From positions 1 through 64,000 of the IMG/VR virus record IMGVR_UViG_3300042446_002147: a stretch of DNA of 64,000 bases; one strand, given 5' to 3'. Source of the DNA: an uncultured virus (IMG/VR IMGVR_UViG_3300042446_002147). Its lineage: Duplodnaviria; Heunggongvirae; Uroviricota; Caudoviricetes. Position numbers and translations under genes: made by a program. Shown here in pieces: positions 59,237 to 64,000 of the stretch. Each line of letters opens with the position of its first letter. The stretch's first letter is position 1. Under the pieces are notes generated by a model that was given only the letters and a program-made list of their open reading frames with translations, did no database searches and was not told the origin of the DNA.

Positions 59237-61612
59237 ATGGCAGATTTTTTTGGTGATTTTGGTGACGAGGCCAAAAAATCTTTAAATAGAAAGATAGATT
59301 ATCAAAGGGAAAAATTTCTAAAAGGGATTTCCACCTCTAAGCACGGAAAAAAAGAAGATCCTACATATTTACATTTTAGATTTATCTTTGATGAGGGTAT
59401 TTCTGATCAGATAGATCCTGAGACATTTTTAGCACCATCTCCATTATTTAGCCCTTATAAAAATCCAGCTAAAGCTACAGGTGTTGAAGGTGCAACAGGA
59501 AATGCTGAGCAACCAACCCCGCCTTCTTTTGTAACAGGTGGTTCTAATTTCTTTTATCAATCTAAATTTCGAATTGATGGAATGGAAGGTTTTGGTGCTA
59601 TTGACCCACAAGATGGATATGCTTATATGGGTGCTCAAGAATATTTATTTCAAAGATCTACACAAAGAAGAGATATGCTTAACGCATTCAGAAATGGATT
59701 TCTTTATATAAACAAAAATAGTCCATATTATTTTCAGAGCATATCTGGACTAGATCAATTATTAAAATCTGATATAAAAAACATACACAAAGGAGCAAGT
59801 AAACCACAAAGAATGGGTACTTTATCGATAGATTGTTTAGAATCTATTGATATGAGAATGTTTGCTCTTTCCGAACTTTACAGAAAAGCTATTTATGATT
59901 ATAAATATCAAAGATCAATGCTTCCTGAGAATCTTAGAAAGTTTAGAATGTGGCTGGTTATAACGGAGATTAGAAATATACAATTAAGTTATGGAATTGG
60001 TGATGTGCTAAACCCTTTCTCTATACCTTCGGTTGCAAAAGCTGCTAATGCTTTAGATAGTTTTAATTCACAGACGGGATTTTTGGATAAAATATCCGGA
60101 CTTAATCAAAAAAGTACAAACACAGAAAAAGCTCCTCCAGAAAATAATGCCTTAGGAACCGACGAGTTAGGGCCATATGCTTTTATTTATCAATTTGATC
60201 AATGTGAATTTGATTTTGATGATAGCTATCCATCATATTCCTCTATAGATAATAAAGGAGGTTCAGCAGTGACTAGTAAATTTAAAATACATGTCGGCAG
60301 GGTTAAGGATTATAAAATACAATTCAATCAATTAGCCGATATTATCGGGAAAAACGATAATGTAAAACAAATGGTTATTAATGACACCTGGGGATCTTTA
60401 GGTAGTAGTTATAGAGATTATGATTATGTAGGAACTCAAGGGATATCAGATCTTGTTATGGACGAAAATGATCCTGCTGGGTTTTTTAAAGAGATGGCTT
60501 CCAATTTTATAACTAATACTGTTGCAGATCTTAAGAATATAGGTGTTTCTAAATTAGAAAATGCTTTACTAGGTAACATTTACGGATTAGGTGGATTAAA
60601 TATAGCGTCAGCAGGAAGGAGTGCTTTTTCTGTAGCTAACACATTTAATGATCTTAAGAATAATGGAATACCTGATCCCAGAAAAGATAATTCACCTCAA
60701 GGACAAGGTCTAGGAGGACCAGGGCAAAGACAATATCCCACTATCAACGAAGATGCTTATACCGGAACTTCATCACAAAATAACGAAAATTTAGGAAATG
60801 TTTTAGGTGGTAGTACTAATCCTCCTGGTACATTATCTGGTGATGTTTATCCGAATGTTCCTGGTACAGATTTAGGTGGACCGGATAGGCAATATCCTTC
60901 AAATGATTCGGATGAGTATAATAATGTACCTGGGGCAGATTCGGGTGTACCCGGAAGAGTTTACCCGGTTCCTTCTGGAGATACATACCCCACTGTTCCT
61001 GGTACAGATTTAGGAGTACCTGATAGGCAATACACAACAAATGATTCGGATGAGTATAATAATGTACCAGGCACAGATTCGGGTGTTCCTGAAAGGGTTT
61101 ACCCAATTCCTTCTGGAGATACATATCCCACTGTTCCTGGTGCAGATTTAGGAGTACCCGATAGGCAATATTCACAAGCAGGAGGGGACGAGTATTCTAA
61201 TGTCCCTGGCAGCGATTTGGGTGTGATAGGTAGGGTTTATGATGAACCAGTCGGTGATGTGTATCCTAGCGTACCTGGATCGGATCTAGGAGCACCTGAT
61301 AGACAATATTCACAAGCAGGAGGTAACGAATACCCGGAGCCCGAAATAGGAGTTGCTCCTAATTTTACTAAAGTATACCCAGATGCGGATAATAAATACC
61401 CTAAAGTAAATGACAGGGAATATAAAGATTCAATTAAAGAATTTAATGATAGTATGGGTGATGTTTATAAAAATGTACCAGGACCTGATTTAGGAGGCAA
61501 AGGAAGAAATTATGAATCTATTAGGACGGATGAATATAAAGATATTCCCGCGCAGCCTCAAATTAATTTAGGAAGGACTTATACTAAATCTAATAATTCC
61601 GAAAACTCCTAA
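59237..61612 (+). CDS. Putative tail/baseplate protein with C-terminal Pro/Gly/Asp-rich 23-aa repeats
   Basis: 791-aa ORF within the baseplate operon. Confidence 0.55.
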   Translation: MADFFGDFGDEAKKSLNRKIDYQREKFLKGISTSKHGKKEDPTYLHFRFIFDEGISDQIDPETFLAPSPLFSPYKNPAKATGVEGATGNAEQPTPPSFVTGGSNFFYQSKFRIDGMEGFGAIDPQDGYAYMGAQEYLFQRSTQRRDMLNAFRNGFLYINKNSPYYFQSISGLDQLLKSDIKNIHKGASKPQRMGTLSIDCLESIDMRMFALSELYRKAIYDYKYQRSMLPENLRKFRMWLVITEIRNIQLSYGIGDVLNPFSIPSVAKAANALDSFNSQTGFLDKISGLNQKSTNTEKAPPENNALGTDELGPYAFIYQFDQCEFDFDDSYPSYSSIDNKGGSAVTSKFKIHVGRVKDYKIQFNQLADIIGKNDNVKQMVINDTWGSLGSSYRDYDYVGTQGISDLVMDENDPAGFFKEMASNFITNTVADLKNIGVSKLENALLGNIYGLGGLNIASAGRSAFSVANTFNDLKNNGIPDPRKDNSPQGQGLGGPGQRQYPTINEDAYTGTSSQNNENLGNVLGGSTNPPGTLSGDVYPNVPGTDLGGPDRQYPSNDSDEYNNVPGADSGVPGRVYPVPSGDTYPTVPGTDLGVPDRQYTTNDSDEYNNVPGTDSGVPERVYPIPSGDTYPTVPGADLGVPDRQYSQAGGDEYSNVPGSDLGVIGRVYDEPVGDVYPSVPGSDLGAPDRQYSQAGGNEYPEPEIGVAPNFTKVYPDADNKYPKVNDREYKDSIKEFNDSMGDVYKNVPGPDLGGKGRNYESIRTDEYKDIPAQPQINLGRTYTKSNNSENS
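60842..61324 (+). repeat. 69-bp coding repeat (D-x-Y-x-x-VPG-x-D-L/S-G-x-P-x-R-x-Y), 7 tandem copies alternating with a 138-bp period
   Basis: Read from the translation; one more copy lies near 61460. Confidence 0.85.
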
Positions 61613-61634
61613 TCAAAATTAACTATAATTTTAT

Positions 61635-62573
61635 ATGAGCTTAGTTAATAGAGAAAAATTAGAAAGACCAAATACGGAGATAACCCATTATTTAGGTGTT
61701 GTGGTTGATAATAAAGATCCAGAATTTAGAGGAAGAGCAAAGATACGTGTTTTTGGACTATTTGATCAAATAGAAGATGCGGATCTACCTTGGTCACATC
61801 AAAGATTTGAGATGAGCTACGGATTAGGCGGAGGATCTGGTAGAATATCTGTTCCTAAGTTAGGTTCAGTAGTTCATGTGCAATTTAATAATGGTAACTA
61901 TTATAGCCCAGAATATAAAGCAGTACAGGAATTATCACCAGATTTAATAGATGAGATAAGAGTTAGTTATGATGGTGCTCATTCTCTTATATACGATGGT
62001 ATAGAAAGATTAAAAATGTACTATACTGTAGAGAAAGGTCTTGTAATAGATTTAAAAGATTCTAAAATTATAATAAGGAATGACAATTCTATACTAATAA
62101 CTCACGCAGATGATACTTCTTCAATAGAATTAAAAGGTGGTAAAATAACTAAATATGCAGATCAAGAGATAGAGAATACTGCGGTTACTAGAATTAAACA
62201 TTCTTCCGAAGAGGTTTGGATGGATGGTAAAACAACTAATCTTGGGCACTCTCCTGTTTTTTCTGCTGTATGTGCAGAACCTCTTTGGGACTTCTTAAAA
62301 AAATTAGCTATATCAGTTGACAGTAAAATGCCAGCTACTCCTGGTGTTAATTCAACACTAGCATCTAGCTTTGAACAATTAGCAACAAGCCAAACAGTAA
62401 GGGTTACTAGAGAAAATACACCAGATCTTCCTACTACGCCAGCACAGAATAATACTCCTGTATCATTACCTAATACTGGACCTACTGGAATATTAGGAAT
62501 TACTGGATTGACCGGACCTAATGGAATAACTGGACCAAATGGAATAAACCTTACAGGAGCTACGGGAGGATAA
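61635..62573 (+). CDS. Baseplate central spike protein (gp5/gpV OB-fold) with a short collagen-like C-terminus
   Basis: YLGVVVDNKDPEFRGRAKIRVFG...LPW...VPKLGSVVHVQFNNGN; no lysozyme domain seen. Confidence 0.85.
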   Translation: MSLVNREKLERPNTEITHYLGVVVDNKDPEFRGRAKIRVFGLFDQIEDADLPWSHQRFEMSYGLGGGSGRISVPKLGSVVHVQFNNGNYYSPEYKAVQELSPDLIDEIRVSYDGAHSLIYDGIERLKMYYTVEKGLVIDLKDSKIIIRNDNSILITHADDTSSIELKGGKITKYADQEIENTAVTRIKHSSEEVWMDGKTTNLGHSPVFSAVCAEPLWDFLKKLAISVDSKMPATPGVNSTLASSFEQLATSQTVRVTRENTPDLPTTPAQNNTPVSLPNTGPTGILGITGLTGPNGITGPNGINLTGATGG

Positions 62574-62574
62574 T

Positions 62575-64000
62575 ATGGCAAGTATAGAAAAAAGAATAGA
62601 TAAGCTCCTTAGTAAGGATTTTACAACAGTTAGCTCTGATGAAATAATCAATATAATAACTGACGGGAAAGTATCAAATTTACCTTATGATGATTTACAA
62701 TCAGAAGAGGGATTTAATAAAGAACTTGAAAAAAATCAGAAAGAGGTAGAGAATATATTAGCAAGCTTAGAACCACAGAAGCCTCCTATTTCTATGAAAA
62801 TGATAGAGAAATTGGCTTGTAATTATGAAGGTGATGATTTGTACAGTGTTATATTACTCGAATCTTTAAAAAAAGAAAAACCAAAATTATATAAAGAATT
62901 AATATCTTCTGCCGAATTTAAAAATAATTCTGCAATAACAGAGAAAGATCTTGGAGTAACTGTAACTAATACTAAATCTTTTAAATACCAATATAAAATA
63001 CCTTCTTCAGGTATTATTAAATTTCTTGAGGCAAAAAATCCTGATTTTTTAGAAATTGCTAATGAGAAAATTTTTGATAATATGGACCCTTTATTGCTAG
63101 GTAAACCTTCTAATTCAGGAGCTAGAAAGAAAAGAGAAATGAATGTGCTTGGATTTAAAATTCCTTTGGAATTTATAATGTCTGGTAAAAAAGTAGTACA
63201 TGTTAAAATAGGAAGTGAAAAACAAACTAAAAAGGAAGCTTTAGATAAGATTAATAGCGTACTAGATAAACAATATAAGAATTCAAAGCCTTGTGATTTT
63301 GAAGGTCTTGGTGAAAATATTAGATCAGAAAGATCTGAAAGATTAGATGATTATGATTCAAATTTCTTTCCTGATGGTGATGACCCTATATTAGATGATG
63401 ATTGTTTACCGGGTGTTCCTGAAGATCCTATTACAGGAGATCCTATAGTAACAGTGGATACATTTAACAACTTAACTGAAGATTTTTGTGATCCTCCTGA
63501 ATACGATTTTTCAGATGCTAATGGAGATGAATTAGATCCAGTAGGTAATCAAGTTGATGTGGATGCAATAGATGCTTGTATAGATTCAGCATTAAAAAAA
63601 TCCAAAAAGATTGAAGACGATAGCAAACTATTAGCTAGATGGAATCTTATTGAAAGAAGTTTAGAAGAAATATTTTATCACTACGAAATAATATATGAGT
63701 ATCAAAAGGCATTATCAGAAAACTGGAGAAATAGAATTCCTGTAAATTCAGGAGGTGATCCTAGTAATCTTGATCTTGCAATTAGTATATTAACATATAA
63801 TGATAGCATAAAAGAAATTGATAAAGAGATCACTGATCAGAAACAAAAAAATGATACGGACAAGAAAAATTTCATTCAAGAGAACGAAATATTTACTGAG
63901 GATATTTTTCTTTTAAGTGGACTTGACACCGAATTAAATACGATAGAATTAACTAATCTATTTAACTATCAAATAGAAGCTAATAAATCACCTATACGTT
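62575..64000 (+). CDS. Large hypothetical protein, 3'-truncated by the window edge
   Basis: ATG 1 nt after the spike stop (MASIEKRIDKLL...); absent from the track, consistent with no stop before the window end. Confidence 0.7.
   Translation, partial: MASIEKRIDKLLSKDFTTVSSDEIINIITDGKVSNLPYDDLQSEEGFNKELEKNQKEVENILASLEPQKPPISMKMIEKLACNYEGDDLYSVILLESLKKEKPKLYKELISSAEFKNNSAITEKDLGVTVTNTKSFKYQYKIPSSGIIKFLEAKNPDFLEIANEKIFDNMDPLLLGKPSNSGARKKREMNVLGFKIPLEFIMSGKKVVHVKIGSEKQTKKEALDKINSVLDKQYKNSKPCDFEGLGENIRSERSERLDDYDSNFFPDGDDPILDDDCLPGVPEDPITGDPIVTVDTFNNLTEDFCDPPEYDFSDANGDELDPVGNQVDVDAIDACIDSALKKSKKIEDDSKLLARWNLIERSLEEIFYHYEIIYEYQKALSENWRNRIPVNSGGDPSNLDLAISILTYNDSIKEIDKEITDQKQKNDTDKKNFIQENEIFTEDIFLLSGLDTELNTIELTNLFNYQIEANKSPIR

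Noticed and set aside
1..64000. Stop-codon reassignment, tRNAs, introns/inteins, transposases, diversity-generating retroelement
   Set aside because: Genes are full length in the standard code with TAA, TAG and TGA all used as stops. No such elements were recognised by eye; a tRNA or covariance scan was not possible.

Overview
AT-rich, densely coding 64-kb segment of a large tailed (jumbo, T4-like myovirus-type) bacteriophage in the standard genetic code. The lack of Shine-Dalgarno motifs and a PolB-type 3'-5' exonuclease suggest a Bacteroidota host (inference). In order: (1) the 3' end of a Gly-Ser-Ser/Gly-Thr-Ser collagen-like fibre gene, three paralogous beta-rich proteins, and a 1113-aa GT4 + TibC/AAH-type protein O-heptosyltransferase fusion; (2) a head module with a gp21-like protease fused to a 14-aa-repeat scaffold, a gp23-like major capsid protein and about a dozen probable internal head proteins carrying a T4-like capsid-targeting/cleavage signature; (3) an NMP kinase-like protein, AsnB, a RimK-protease fusion and a poly-acidic protein; (4) a 23-kb, 28-gene sugar-nucleotide/glycosyltransferase island (GDP-colitose, Kdo/CMP-ulosonate, GmhA-like, AroB-like cyclase, Maf- and GT29-like transferases) with no recognisable flippase, polymerase or initiating transferase; (5) baseplate genes. 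Two promoter-like motifs recur upstream of genes: GATATATA and GAAA(C/T)-N17/18-TA(T/A)AAT. The best candidate for a new system is a phage-encoded cytoplasmic pathway that O-glycosylates the virion's own Ser-rich fibres. All family calls come from reading motifs by eye; no database searches were run.
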